A stretch of 64,000 nucleotides of DNA, from NCBI GenBank assembly GCA_934149105.1, contig CAKPDP010000004.1:5277-69276 (forward strand), read 5' to 3'. Every line of letters starts with the position of its first letter. The first letter of the stretch is position 1. The position numbers and the translations under genes were made by a program. Source of the DNA: an uncultured Bacilli bacterium. Lineage in GTDB: Bacteria > Bacillota_I > Bacilli_A > RF39 > UBA660. Of this stretch, positions 31,837 through 42,430 are shown one piece after another. The notes under the pieces are model-generated. The model made no database searches, was not told the DNA's origin, and saw only the letters and a list, made by a program, of their open reading frames with translations.

Positions 31837-32196
31837 ATGTTAATAAATTTACTTCATAGCTTTGGCTATGCCTTTGAAGGAATATTCTCTTCCTTCAAAA
31901 CCGAAAGAAATATGAAAATCCATATTGCTATGATGATCCTAGTCATCATCTGTGGCCTTATTTTTCACATTTCTCTAATCGAATGGTTCATCTGTATCAT
32001 TCTCTTTGCTACCGTTATCTCTGCCGAACTCTTTAACACTGCTATCGAAACCGTCGTCAACATGATAACTAAAGAGAAAAGCCCTGAAGCTAAACTTGCT
32101 AAAGACATCTCTGCCGGTGCTGTCTTAGTCCTTGCCATTGCTTCTGCTTTAATCGGACTAATCATCTTTATCCCTAAATTATTTAGCCTATTCTAA
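31837..32196 (+). CDS. dgkA: Diacylglycerol / undecaprenol kinase (DgkA family)
   Basis: ERNMKIH, EW, SAELFNTAIETVVNM motifs. Three TM helices. 119 aa. Confidence 0.85.
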   Translation: MLINLLHSFGYAFEGIFSSFKTERNMKIHIAMMILVIICGLIFHISLIEWFICIILFATVISAELFNTAIETVVNMITKEKSPEAKLAKDISAGAVLVLAIASALIGLIIFIPKLFSLF

Positions 32197-32215
32197 AGAA
32201 TAAAAAGGAGACATT

Positions 32216-33268
32216 ATGAAAAGAAAAAGATCTAAGAGTAAAAAGATAATACCCCTTATTATCTTCCTATTAGTCCTAATAGGACTATTTCTAGGAGGCT
32301 ATTTCTTCTTAAGAAAACCTTCTTCTTCTAATCATCACTCAAATTCTAATTCCATTAAAGAAGAAGAGAAGCCTCAATTAAAAATACTTGATTTAAATTC
32401 TAAATCCCGATCTATCGCCGTCATGATTAATAATTTAAAAGTAGCTCAACCCTATCAAACGGGTCTTAATGATGCTTACCTAGTCTATGAAATAATAACT
32501 GAAGGTGGTATAACCCGCTTATTAGCAGTCTATAAAGACGCTAAAGACACTACCACCATTGGAACCATTAGAAGTAGTAGACATTATTTTATAGATTATG
32601 CCGTCGAAAATGACGCTATCTATACTCACTTTGGCTATAGTAATAAAGCCAAAGAAGATATCTCTAGACGTCATATCGATAATATTAATGGTCTTGTCGA
32701 TGACAACTTCTATTGGCGAGATAAATCTCTACCCGTTGCTAGTGAACATACAGTCTACACTAATATTTCTAAATTACAAGAAACAATTACCAATAAAAAA
32801 TATCGAAATACTACTACCGAAAAACCATTACTGTCTTATAGTGTTGATCCCATAGATTTAACCACTAAAGAAGATAGTATTCCTGCTAGTAATGTCCTAA
32901 TAAAATTCTCTAACTATCAAACTACTGAATTTACTTACGACCCAGAGACTAAACTCTATACTAGAAAAAGTAATAATGAAGTTCGTTCTGATTACCTAAC
33001 AAAAGAACCCTTTACTACTAAAAATATTCTTACTTATCAAATTAAAAATTATAGTTATGATTCTTATGGTCGTCAAGAACTAGAAAATATCGGTAGGGGA
33101 GAAGGCTATTACATTACTAATGGTTATGCTCTTAAAATTAATTGGGAAAAATCTTCTGAAGATGCTAAAACTAAATATACTTATCCTGATGGTAGTGAAG
33201 TAATCTTTAATGATGGAGAAACTTATATTGAGATTCAACCCCAAGATCAAACCCTAACCCTAAGTTAA
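32216..33268 (+). CDS. Hypothetical membrane-anchored extracytoplasmic protein (possibly DUF3048/YerB-like)
   Basis: N-terminal basic + TM anchor, Ser/His linker, ~290 aa globular domain. Family assignment from memory only. Confidence 0.3.
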   Translation: MKRKRSKSKKIIPLIIFLLVLIGLFLGGYFFLRKPSSSNHHSNSNSIKEEEKPQLKILDLNSKSRSIAVMINNLKVAQPYQTGLNDAYLVYEIITEGGITRLLAVYKDAKDTTTIGTIRSSRHYFIDYAVENDAIYTHFGYSNKAKEDISRRHIDNINGLVDDNFYWRDKSLPVASEHTVYTNISKLQETITNKKYRNTTTEKPLLSYSVDPIDLTTKEDSIPASNVLIKFSNYQTTEFTYDPETKLYTRKSNNEVRSDYLTKEPFTTKNILTYQIKNYSYDSYGRQELENIGRGEGYYITNGYALKINWEKSSEDAKTKYTYPDGSEVIFNDGETYIEIQPQDQTLTLS

Positions 33269-33313
33269 AATAAAAATAATTATACATATTATATAGTAAG
33301 GAAGTGTTTATTT

Positions 33314-34291
33314 ATGAATAAAGTTGTTGTTTTAGGAGGAGGAACAGGCCTATCTACACTTTTAAGAGGCCTAAAACTTTTCCCTATTGATATTAGTGCT
33401 GTTGTCTCTGTTTGTGATGACGGTAAAAGTACTGGGCGTCTAAGAGAAGAATTTAATACCTTTGCCGTAGGCGATCTAAGAAGAGTAATCGCTGCTCTCT
33501 CAGAAACCGAACCTCTATTTGAAAAACTCTTAAATTATCGTTTTCATACTACCAGTGATCTTAATGGCCATACCGTTGGAAACCTTCTCTTAACCGCTTT
33601 AGGGGATATCAGTGGTAACATGCAAGAAGGAATAGAAACTATTGGTAAAGTCTTAAAACTAAAAGGAAAAGTTTTACCATTTACTCTAGAAAATCCTATT
33701 CTAATAGGTAAAATGCAAGATGGAAGTACCGTTATTGGAGAACATAATATTACTGAAAGTAACAAAAAAATAGATTATGTCTACTATGAAAAAGATGTTA
33801 AAGTAAATCCTACAGTTATTAAAGCCATTAAATCAGCTGATCTTATTATTCTTAGTATGGGTAGTCTCTATACCAGCATTGTACCTGATCTTTTAAATAA
33901 AGAATTAATAGACACTATCGATAACAGTAAAGCCAAAATAATGTATGTTTGTAACATGATGACTCAACCCGGGGAAACCGATGACTTTACCGTAAGTGAT
34001 CATATCAAAGTCCTTAATAGTTATCTAGGAACTAGAAAAATAGACGTTGTCATTGCTAACTCTGGAAATATCCCTCAAGATATTTTAATTAAATACGCTA
34101 ATGAAGAACAAAAAGATAAAGTAATCCTTGATCGTAAAAATCTCCATAACATTAAAATAATTGCTAATAATTATGTAACCTTAGAAGATAGCACTATTAG
34201 ACATAAAGTAGATAAATTATCTTTAGATATCTATGGCTATATCTTATCCCAAAATGATAAGAATACTTCCCATTATAAATTTTTTAAATAA
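33314..34291 (+). CDS. yvcK: Gluconeogenesis factor / UPF0052 (YvcK, CofD-like)
   Basis: VVLGGGTGLSTLLRGLK ... VVSVCDDGKSTGRLR signature. Confidence 0.85.
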   Translation: MNKVVVLGGGTGLSTLLRGLKLFPIDISAVVSVCDDGKSTGRLREEFNTFAVGDLRRVIAALSETEPLFEKLLNYRFHTTSDLNGHTVGNLLLTALGDISGNMQEGIETIGKVLKLKGKVLPFTLENPILIGKMQDGSTVIGEHNITESNKKIDYVYYEKDVKVNPTVIKAIKSADLIILSMGSLYTSIVPDLLNKELIDTIDNSKAKIMYVCNMMTQPGETDDFTVSDHIKVLNSYLGTRKIDVVIANSGNIPQDILIKYANEEQKDKVILDRKNLHNIKIIANNYVTLEDSTIRHKVDKLSLDIYGYILSQNDKNTSHYKFFK

Positions 34292-34363
34292 TAATATATA
34301 TCATCTATCCTAGTAGATGGTATTTTTTAACTCCCCAAAAAAGATAATATTAGTATTCTATTC

Positions 34364-34390
34364 AAAAAAACTCCACAGTGGAGTTTTTTT
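34364..34390. terminator. Bidirectional rho-independent terminator between yvcK (+) and uvrB (-)
   Basis: AAAAAAACTCC-acagt-GGAGTTTTTTT, A-run and T-run flanks. Confidence 0.7.
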
Positions 34391-34432
34391 GAAATGAAAG
34401 ATTATTATCTTATAAAAAGAATAGGGGAGATA

Positions 34433-36388
34433 CTATTCACTCTGCATCTCAAAAATAATATCTCTAAGTTCTGTAGCTCTTTCAAAATCTAATTCTGAAG
34501 CTGCTTTTCTCATTTCTTGAGTAAGTTCATCAATGATCTTTTCTTTTTCTTTCTTACTTAATTTACTACTATTAATCTTCTTCTTCGATACCTCTTCATT
34601 ATTACTAATAGTATCTTTTATCTCTTTAATAATAGTCTTAGGAATAATACCATGTTCCTTATTATATTTATCCTGTATTTCTCTTCTTCTCTTTGTTTCC
34701 TTAATAGCAATATCCATACTATCACTAATAGTATCAGCATACATAATAACTCTACCATTACTATTCCTAGCGGCTCTACCAATAGTCTGAATTAAACTTC
34801 TACTACTTCTTAAGAACCCTTGCTTATCCGCATCCATAATAGCAATCAAAGATACTTCTGGAATATCTATTCCTTCTCTAAGTAAGTTAATACCTACCAC
34901 GACATCATACTTACCTAATCTTAAATCTCTAATAATATTTAATCTTTGTAGAGTTTTAATTTCATTATGTAAATAAGCTACTTTAATATCTATATCTTTT
35001 AAATAATTAGTAAGTTCTTCTGCCATTCTAATCGTTAAAGTAGTAATAAGAACTCTTTCCTTATTCTTAATATTCTTATTAATTTCTTCTACTAGATCAT
35101 CGATCTGATTCTTAGAAGGTCTAACATAAATATTAGGATCTAGTAGCCCTGTCGGCCTAATTATTTGTTCAATTACTTCTCCTTTAGTAGCTTCTAGTTC
35201 ATAATCCCCTGGCGTCGCTGAAACATAAATAACTTGATTGATCTTCTTCTCAAATTCCGAAAAAGTCAAAGGTCTATTATCTAAAGCACTGGGAAGCCTA
35301 AACCCATAATCAACTAAGTTCATTTTTCTGGCTCTATCTCCATTATACATTCCTCTTACCTGAGGAATAGTAACATGTGATTCATCTACAACCAGTAAGA
35401 AATCCTTAGGAAAGAAATCTATTAAACATGTTGGAGTTTCTCCTTCTCCTCTAAGAGCAATATGTCTTGAATAATTCTCTATCCCTCTACAAAATCCCGT
35501 CTCACTAAGTAATTCCATATCATAGTTAGTTCTCTCTCTAATTCTTTGTTCTTCTATATATTTACCCTTACTTTTATAATATTCACATCTCTCTTCTAAT
35601 TCTTTTTCTATTCTTCTAATAGATTCTTTTAATTTTTCAGAATTAGTTACAAAATGCGAAGCTGGAAAGATAGATATCGTCTTTTTCTCTGTTATAACTT
35701 TTCCTGTAACTAAATCAAATTCACTAATTCTATCAATCGTATCTCCAAAGAATTCTATTAATACTCCATTTTTATGATTAGAAGCCGGAACAATCTCTAA
35801 ACTATCTCCTCTAACTCTAAAAGTTCCTCTCTTAAAATCCATATCATTTCTTTCATAAAGCATATTAACTAGTTTCTTCATAACTTCTCTAGGACTAATA
35901 TCTTCATCTTTATTTAAAGTTAAAATCTTATTTCGATATTCCTCTACTTCCCCAATTCCATAAATACAAGAAACAGAGGCTACCACAATAACATCTCTTC
36001 TCGATAATAAAGCCGACGTTGCACTATGTCTTAATTCATCGATCTCATCATTAATTGAAGAATCTTTCTCAATATAAGTATCTGTACTAGGAACATAAGC
36101 TTCTGGTTGATAATAATCATAATACGAAACAAAGTATTCAACTCTATTATTAGGAAACATCTCTTTAAATTCGCTATATAATTGACCTGCTAAGGTCTTA
36201 TTATGTGCAAGCACTAACGTTGGTTTATTAACTTCTTTTATGACATTAGCAATCGTAAAAGTTTTACCAGTCCCTGTAGCTCCCAGTAAAACCTGTTCTT
36301 TCTTACCTTCTTTTATTCCTTCTACTAATTCTTTTATGGCTTCTGGCTGATCCCCATTAGGACTATATTTACTAACTAATTCAAACAT
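34433..36388 (-). CDS. uvrB: Excinuclease ABC subunit B
   Basis: 651 aa. Walker A GATGTGKT. Helicase motifs. C-terminal UVR domain ([23 protein letters not shown]). Confidence 0.95.
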   Translation of the reverse strand: MFELVSKYSPNGDQPEAIKELVEGIKEGKKEQVLLGATGTGKTFTIANVIKEVNKPTLVLAHNKTLAGQLYSEFKEMFPNNRVEYFVSYYDYYQPEAYVPSTDTYIEKDSSINDEIDELRHSATSALLSRRDVIVVASVSCIYGIGEVEEYRNKILTLNKDEDISPREVMKKLVNMLYERNDMDFKRGTFRVRGDSLEIVPASNHKNGVLIEFFGDTIDRISEFDLVTGKVITEKKTISIFPASHFVTNSEKLKESIRRIEKELEERCEYYKSKGKYIEEQRIRERTNYDMELLSETGFCRGIENYSRHIALRGEGETPTCLIDFFPKDFLLVVDESHVTIPQVRGMYNGDRARKMNLVDYGFRLPSALDNRPLTFSEFEKKINQVIYVSATPGDYELEATKGEVIEQIIRPTGLLDPNIYVRPSKNQIDDLVEEINKNIKNKERVLITTLTIRMAEELTNYLKDIDIKVAYLHNEIKTLQRLNIIRDLRLGKYDVVVGINLLREGIDIPEVSLIAIMDADKQGFLRSSRSLIQTIGRAARNSNGRVIMYADTISDSMDIAIKETKRRREIQDKYNKEHGIIPKTIIKEIKDTISNNEEVSKKKINSSKLSKKEKEKIIDELTQEMRKAASELDFERATELRDIIFEMQSE

Positions 36389-36615
36389 ATTTTTCCTCCT
36401 AATTCTTTTAACAGTTCTTTGTTTTTTCTCTATTTTACCACTATCTACCTCTTAAAACAATAACCATCCTCTTCTCTCTATAGTTTAACCATTTTAGCTA
36501 ATTTTTATTATCAATCTTTATCCTTATATTTCTTTGTCTTCTAATTATTATCAAAGTAGGGTAGGGACATTAAAACAACTTACCATAAGATAAGTTGTTT
36601 TACTATTAATTATTC

Positions 36616-38190
36616 TTAATTATTACTACGATCTTTATAAATAGTAGGTTCATATACTTCTCCTGTAAACCATACTTCTCCAGTCTTTTTATCCCTAATC
36701 AAGAATAAATATGGTTTATCAAAAGTTAAATCAATCTTTTCTACTGGAACCTCATATAAGTAATCAAAACCACAGAACCCTTGTCCTAAGCCACCTTCAC
36801 TAACAGCCGCACTAGCTTTAATTCCATCATTAGAGAAAGATATATTAGCTTTATGTTCGATCTTGTTAATAGAAGCCTTACTACTAGTCAATTTACTTAA
36901 ATTAGCTTTCTCTAGCTCAAAGACATCTGTAACTCCGATCTCCTTTAAATCTTCTTGTAAATTTAATTTATAATTAAAATTAAATATTGGAATATATCCT
37001 GATACTTCTGTAATAACTCCCTCTTTAAAGTTATCTATATCTAAGCTCTTTAAATTACTAATAATATTCTTAATATCTTGAGCTTTAATATTCTTAATAT
37101 AATTATCTAAACTATCATTAGTAGGCATTATTCCTATATATTGTAAAGTTGTACCATCATATTCCTTTAGATCCTTAGCAAATACTTTAACATTATCATC
37201 AGTATAAAATTCAAAATCAGTTGATCCACTAACTTCTTTATAATTAGCTTTAATCTCATTTATGTATTTATCAACATAAGTATCAACATCATCTTCATCT
37301 TCTACCTTTCCACAGAAATCTGAATTAGGATCCTTTAACCACTGACTATATTTCTCTTTAATAGTCTCACTAATCTTATCTTCTCCTTCTTGAGAAATAA
37401 TATCATATCTATTAGCAACCGCTCCAATCTCTAACGAAGCTGCTCTAAGACTGTTGTCATCAAAATCTAAAGAATGATAATAATCTACCATTAAAGGTCC
37501 TATTCTTTTTGTATAGTTTTCATGTTTATAATTAACCACATAATTCTTATCTGTACTTCTAATTTGTTGCTTCCAATCCATGTCTATAGCTAAAGCATTA
37601 GTTAAAATAAAATCATTATCTTTAACATCATCTACTAATTTATCTATTAAATTAAAGGTCTTACTACTAACCCAATTATTAATAGTATCAGCCTGCGAGA
37701 AACTATCATATATAACATCAGCATTATATGTATCTTTTACCTTCTCTACATAGTCCTCTTTTATAAAACTCTTATAACTATCTTTAATAAATAATCCATT
37801 AGCAATCGCTAAATTTTCACTATTAACATATTTCTTTCCAGCATAACCTCCAATAATATCATTAATCTGTTTATAAGAATTATCATCAGCACCTTCTTTT
37901 AACATCTCTAAAGCATACTTTATAGCTAAAGGACTATAGACTTTATTTTCCTTATCATTCTCTAACTTTAAGAAAGCTAAATCAAATTCCCCTAGATCAT
38001 TATCCTGTAATCTATATTCTGAATAAGTATCCTTATTTTTAACTTCTAATTTATTATCTTTCTTCTCCTTATTCCAGAAATAAATCCCTATAATAACCCC
38101 AATAATGATCAAAACAATTATTAAGATTAATCCTATCTTACTTCCTTTCTTTTTCTTTGTTTCCTTCTTTAATTCATTCACTCTTATCAT
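36616..38190 (-). CDS. Serpin-family protease inhibitor, N-terminally membrane-anchored
   Basis: Serpin N-terminal motif VYSPLAIKYALEMLKEGADDNS...QI. Hinge-like GIKASAAVSEGG. C-terminal FDKPYLFLIRDKKTGEVWFTGEVYEP. N-terminal TM anchor. 524 aa. Confidence 0.7.
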   Translation of the reverse strand: MIRVNELKKETKKKKGSKIGLILIIVLIIIGVIIGIYFWNKEKKDNKLEVKNKDTYSEYRLQDNDLGEFDLAFLKLENDKENKVYSPLAIKYALEMLKEGADDNSYKQINDIIGGYAGKKYVNSENLAIANGLFIKDSYKSFIKEDYVEKVKDTYNADVIYDSFSQADTINNWVSSKTFNLIDKLVDDVKDNDFILTNALAIDMDWKQQIRSTDKNYVVNYKHENYTKRIGPLMVDYYHSLDFDDNSLRAASLEIGAVANRYDIISQEGEDKISETIKEKYSQWLKDPNSDFCGKVEDEDDVDTYVDKYINEIKANYKEVSGSTDFEFYTDDNVKVFAKDLKEYDGTTLQYIGIMPTNDSLDNYIKNIKAQDIKNIISNLKSLDIDNFKEGVITEVSGYIPIFNFNYKLNLQEDLKEIGVTDVFELEKANLSKLTSSKASINKIEHKANISFSNDGIKASAAVSEGGLGQGFCGFDYLYEVPVEKIDLTFDKPYLFLIRDKKTGEVWFTGEVYEPTIYKDRSNN

Positions 38191-38241
38191 ACTCCTTTCT
38201 ATCTTAATAATATCATAAAAAAAGAGAAAAAACTATCTATT

Positions 38242-39084
38242 TTATTTCTTTTCTCTCTTTATAAGTTTAGCATGTAAAACAACTCTCTCTTTATCGTTAT
38301 AACAAGTAGATAACGTTAATATCCTATCACTATCCTTAATACTAGTCTTAAAGTCATAACTACTTCTTTTTAATAACATCTCTAAAAACTTTTTATATTC
38401 TTGCTTACTTTCAAACACTGTCTGAATATAATCAGAAGTAGTAGGAATATGATAAACACTAAAAACTTGCCATAAAGTATTCTCATACTCTGTCGATAAT
38501 TTTACTACATAATTATTAGAATCATTTAGCCAATTACTACTTAAAATATTCTTAAGTGATCCAAACATTGTTTTATCTAATCTTCCATGAGCATAAAGAA
38601 TAGTATTCTTATCTGTCTCTTTCTCTAATTTATTTCGGTAATCTAAGAATACCCAACCAGCACTATTATAAGATTTATCAAAAGAATGATTTAAATAATA
38701 AGAATTATTATCTGTCTGTACAAAAGGATAATTAATATTAGTTCCTAATACCTTGATCCATCCTACTGTCTCCTTATTCTTTTTCTTTAATTCTTTAAAA
38801 TCAACATCAATTAAATTCATCTTTATATATTCCCAATATAAATCATCTTCATCTATCCCCTCATTCTCTATAACTTCTGTCTTCTCGTTATCCTTAACTT
38901 CTAATACCTCAGTTTCCCCTTTAACATCATTGATTTGCTTATTAGTCTTACTAGAATTTATTTTCCATCTTATTAAATTATATATACCTATTACCATAAC
39001 TACTAAGAATACTACAAATATTAAAGCTATAATAATATTCTTCCATTTCAAACGACGTCTTCTTTTTCTTCTCTTTCTCTTCAT
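38242..39084 (-). CDS. srtB: Class B sortase
   Basis: N-terminal TM anchor. Catalytic motifs ILYAHG (His), LTLSTC (TLxTC Cys), downstream Arg. 280 aa. Confidence 0.7.
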   Translation of the reverse strand: MKRKRRKRRRRLKWKNIIIALIFVVFLVVMVIGIYNLIRWKINSSKTNKQINDVKGETEVLEVKDNEKTEVIENEGIDEDDLYWEYIKMNLIDVDFKELKKKNKETVGWIKVLGTNINYPFVQTDNNSYYLNHSFDKSYNSAGWVFLDYRNKLEKETDKNTILYAHGRLDKTMFGSLKNILSSNWLNDSNNYVVKLSTEYENTLWQVFSVYHIPTTSDYIQTVFESKQEYKKFLEMLLKRSSYDFKTSIKDSDRILTLSTCYNDKERVVLHAKLIKREKK

Positions 39085-39269
39085 AATTACCTCTCCATCA
39101 TTTACTAATATTCTATCATAAATATTAACTATTTTTTTAAAAAATTCTAAATCTTATTCTCTAAATCTATAACTTAGTCCAAAAAGCGTCAAAATTGTTA
39201 AAAATGTTGTCTAATTCTTTACTTTATTCTTAATTATGTTATACTTAAACTAGAAAGGAGAAGAGTGTT

Positions 39270-40664
39270 ATGAAAAGAAAAATTTTGTCTACTTTTGTAT
39301 TAGCGGGTGCTTTCTTATTACCTTTAAGTGTTAATGCAAAAGATATTACATCTGATTTAACTTTGACAGAAGATGTTAAAGATGGTATCGTCGTTAAGTC
39401 TGGTAGTAATGTAACCTTAGATTTAGGAGGTTTTAATATTACTAATAAAGCTAATTATGATACTATTACTATTGAAGAGGGAGCCACTTTAACTATTAAA
39501 GGAAATGGTAAAGTAGATAATACTTCCCATGGTAAAGCTCCTATTGCTAATAATGGTACTTTAACTGTTAATAGTGGTACTTTCTACCGTAAAGATAGTG
39601 TTAATGGTAATAATAAGAATACTTTCTATGTTATCTTAAATCGTGGTAAAATGACTATTAATGGTGGAACTTTTGAAATTGAAAATGGTTATTCATCTTT
39701 AATTGATAATGGTTGGTATAAACCAGAACAAAATACTTCTAAGACTATGTCTGAATTAACTATCAATAACGGAACATTTAATATGTCTGGTAATGATAAG
39801 TATATTAAAAATGATGACTATGGTATTATGACAGTTAATAATGGTACTTTCACTATGAAAGATCCTGCTAGTGCCGTTATTTCTAATATAGGTTTCTATA
39901 CAGGCAAAGAATTATTAACTGTTAATGGTGGTACTTTCAATTATACTGGTACTAATTATGCAATCTGGGATTACGATTGGAATAAATATGGTTACACCGA
40001 TAATTCTACAACTGTCGTTAATGGTGGAAATTTCAATCTAAGTAATACTACTGCTAAAGTTACTAATATTGAACTTGGTAGTGATACTCCTACTGATAAA
40101 GATAGTAGTAAGAAGTTTGAAGTTATTGGTAAAGATAATGCTTTTGTAATTGCTAAAGAATCTGATTTAAAAGATATCTTAGATGTTAATACTATCGATG
40201 AAAGTAGTTTATCAAGCGAAGAAATAGCTTTAATCAAAGAAGCTACCGCTGACAAATATAACGTTGCTGGTTATTTCAATATTGATTTATATAAAGGCTT
40301 AAGCGACGATGTAAAAGTAGAACAATTAACAGAAACAACTTCTAAAGTTAAAGTAACTATTAATCTTCCTAGTTCTCTTGACCCCGTTAAAGATGGTTAC
40401 ACTAGAACCTATCATGTCGTTAGAGTTCATGATGGTAAGACAGATATTTTAGATGCTACTTTAAATGAAGATGGAACGCTTTCTTTTGAAACTGATAAAT
40501 TTTCTACTTATACAGTAGTTTATGACGATGTCAAAGTACAAAATAAAGTTCCAGAAAAAAACCCTAATACTTTTGACGGTATTCTAGGATATGCTTTATT
40601 AAGTATTGTTTCTCTTGGTATTGTTTCTAGTACTGGATTATATTTAAAGAAGAGAATGAACTAA
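39270..40664 (+). CDS. Cell-surface protein with beta-helix-type repeats and C-terminal sorting signal (NPNTF + TM + KKRMN). Putative sortase-B substrate
   Basis: Signal peptide MKRKILSTFVLAGAFLLPLSVNA. Six or more periodic T-x-N-(G/N)-G-T-F repeats. C-terminus EKNPNTFDGILGYALLSIVSLGIVSSTGLYLKKRMN. Confidence 0.6.
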   Translation: MKRKILSTFVLAGAFLLPLSVNAKDITSDLTLTEDVKDGIVVKSGSNVTLDLGGFNITNKANYDTITIEEGATLTIKGNGKVDNTSHGKAPIANNGTLTVNSGTFYRKDSVNGNNKNTFYVILNRGKMTINGGTFEIENGYSSLIDNGWYKPEQNTSKTMSELTINNGTFNMSGNDKYIKNDDYGIMTVNNGTFTMKDPASAVISNIGFYTGKELLTVNGGTFNYTGTNYAIWDYDWNKYGYTDNSTTVVNGGNFNLSNTTAKVTNIELGSDTPTDKDSSKKFEVIGKDNAFVIAKESDLKDILDVNTIDESSLSSEEIALIKEATADKYNVAGYFNIDLYKGLSDDVKVEQLTETTSKVKVTINLPSSLDPVKDGYTRTYHVVRVHDGKTDILDATLNEDGTLSFETDKFSTYTVVYDDVKVQNKVPEKNPNTFDGILGYALLSIVSLGIVSSTGLYLKKRMN

Positions 40665-40771
40665 AATTCTAAGTTTATTAAGGGCTTAACAGTTTTCTGT
40701 TAGCTCTTTTTTATCTCTTTAAATAGTTCAATTTCTATCGAAAAAATTTAAACAATTGTTCGCAAAAATTC

Positions 40772-40800
40772 TTGACTTTTCCTCTCTATTATAGTATAGT
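40772..40800 (+). promoter_or_regulatory. Candidate promoter TTGACT-17-TATAGT ~270 nt upstream of copZ
   Basis: Read directly. Implies a long leader. Confidence 0.3.
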
Positions 40801-40947
40801 TAATTCAGTTCCCAAGTTCTTACCAAAACTTTCCATCTCCATTTTTTTCTCTCTTGATCTCTAACATCTCCGTACCTTATTTGCTAATTCTTGGTAAGTT
40901 TTTGTTTCAAATCTCTTGTTGCGTTTAATCTTTTTATTGACAGAAAG

Positions 40948-40967
40948 TAGGGGATATGTAGGGAATA
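40948..40967 (+). repeat. Direct repeat TAGGGGA-tatg-TAGGGAA just upstream of an extended -10 (TGTATAAT at 40971-40978) in the copZ leader
   Basis: Read directly. Candidate metal-regulator operator. Confidence 0.3.
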
Positions 40968-41067
40968 TATTGTATAATTATTTAAGTATTCAGTAATTCT
41001 TGCCAATTACTATAGATAAGATTATAATAAATATTAAAGAAATGAAATAGTTTGGAGGAAAATAAAT

Positions 41068-41298
41068 ATGTTTAAGAAAAGTTCTAAATTAATTGTTGTA
41101 ATCGAAGGAATGTCTTGTGACCATTGTGCTCATACAGTTGCTACAGCTCTTTCCCAAATAGAAAATATTACTAAAGTTAAAGTAAATCTTTCTAAGAAAG
41201 AAGCTCTAATTAGTTATACTAATCTACCTAGTACCACTCTAATCAAAGAAACTATAACTTCTCTTGGCTATAAGGTCCTAGATATCAAAAATAATTAG
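41068..41298 (+). CDS. copZ: Copper chaperone CopZ (heavy-metal-associated domain)
   Basis: GMSCDHCAHTV = MxCxxC metal-binding motif. 76 aa ferredoxin-like. Confidence 0.85.
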   Translation: MFKKSSKLIVVIEGMSCDHCAHTVATALSQIENITKVKVNLSKKEALISYTNLPSTTLIKETITSLGYKVLDIKNN

Positions 41299-41310
41299 GA
41301 GGTGTATTCC

Positions 41311-42429
41311 ATGATTTATTTAGATTATGCTGCTGGAACTCCCGTGAAGCCAGAAGTCCTAAAAGCTTACAATAACACTTTAAAAAAATATTATGCTAAC
41401 CCTAATTCTTATCACAGATTAGGACGAGAAGCCCAAAAATTAATTGCCGATAGTACCAAGAATATTGCTCATAATTTAAATGTATTAGAAGAAGAAATCA
41501 TTTACACTTCAGGATCATCTGAAACTAATAACTTAGTTGTTAAAGGAATATGTGGCCGCTACAAGGCTTATGGTAAACATATTTTAATTAGTGCTCTAGA
41601 GCATAACTCTATCGTCTCAGCCTGTGCCTCTATGCAAGAATTGGGCTTCGAAGTTGAAGTTATTCCTTTTACTAAAGATGGTTATGTTTCTCTAGAAGAA
41701 TTAAAAAAAATGTTAAGAGAAGATACTATTCTTGTAAGTATTTGTAGTGTTGATAGTGAATTAGGTTTAATACAGCCTATAGAAGAAATAGCAACTATTT
41801 TAAAAGACTATCCGCACTGCTATTTTCACACTGATGCTACCCAGTCATTTGGTAAAGTAGCAATTGACTTTACCAATGTCGATCTCGTTACCATCTCATC
41901 TCACAAAATATCGGGACTTCCTAGTAGCAGTATTCTCATCAAAAAGAAAAATGTTGGTCTTAAAAGTCAAATTAATGGTGGTAAAAGTACAACTATCTAT
42001 AGAAGTGGTACCCCTGATGTTGCAGCTATTGCTGCCTTTGATAAAGCTATAGAATTATGTTTAGCTAGTCAAGATCAAGATTATAAATATATAGAAAATC
42101 TAAGTAACATTATTAAAAATAAACTTCGTGAATATAAAAATATAGTTATAAATACGACCTCTAACTCTATTCCCCATACCATTAACTTTTCTCTAAAAGG
42201 AGTAAGATCTCTAGAAGTTATGCAAAAATTTGATGCTAAAGATATCTATATTTCTACTAAGACCTCTTGTTGTCCTCTAGAAACACCCTCAAAATTAGTT
42301 TATGCTCTTACCCAAGATAAAAGTCTCTCTACATCTTCCTTAAGAGTAAGCCTTTCGGCATTGACAACTGAAAACGAAGTAAATAAGTTTTTAAAAGAAT
42401 TAGATGTTATTTATAAGGAGTATTATTAA
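41311..42429 (+). CDS. Cysteine desulfurase (class V aminotransferase, NifS/IscS family)
   Basis: ATG 8 nt after GGAGG (ORF-track GTG 41302 rejected). PLP-lysine motif SSHKISG. Catalytic Cys-region near C-terminus. Confidence 0.85.
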   Translation: MIYLDYAAGTPVKPEVLKAYNNTLKKYYANPNSYHRLGREAQKLIADSTKNIAHNLNVLEEEIIYTSGSSETNNLVVKGICGRYKAYGKHILISALEHNSIVSACASMQELGFEVEVIPFTKDGYVSLEELKKMLREDTILVSICSVDSELGLIQPIEEIATILKDYPHCYFHTDATQSFGKVAIDFTNVDLVTISSHKISGLPSSSILIKKKNVGLKSQINGGKSTTIYRSGTPDVAAIAAFDKAIELCLASQDQDYKYIENLSNIIKNKLREYKNIVINTTSNSIPHTINFSLKGVRSLEVMQKFDAKDIYISTKTSCCPLETPSKLVYALTQDKSLSTSSLRVSLSALTTENEVNKFLKELDVIYKEYY

Positions 42430-42430
42430 T

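Noticed and set aside
36389-36480. Searched for a LexA (Cheo box CGAAC-N4-GTTCG) site in the uvrB promoter region
   Set aside because: Only a half-site-like AGAACTGTT found, no palindrome. Cannot support an SOS box from sequence alone.
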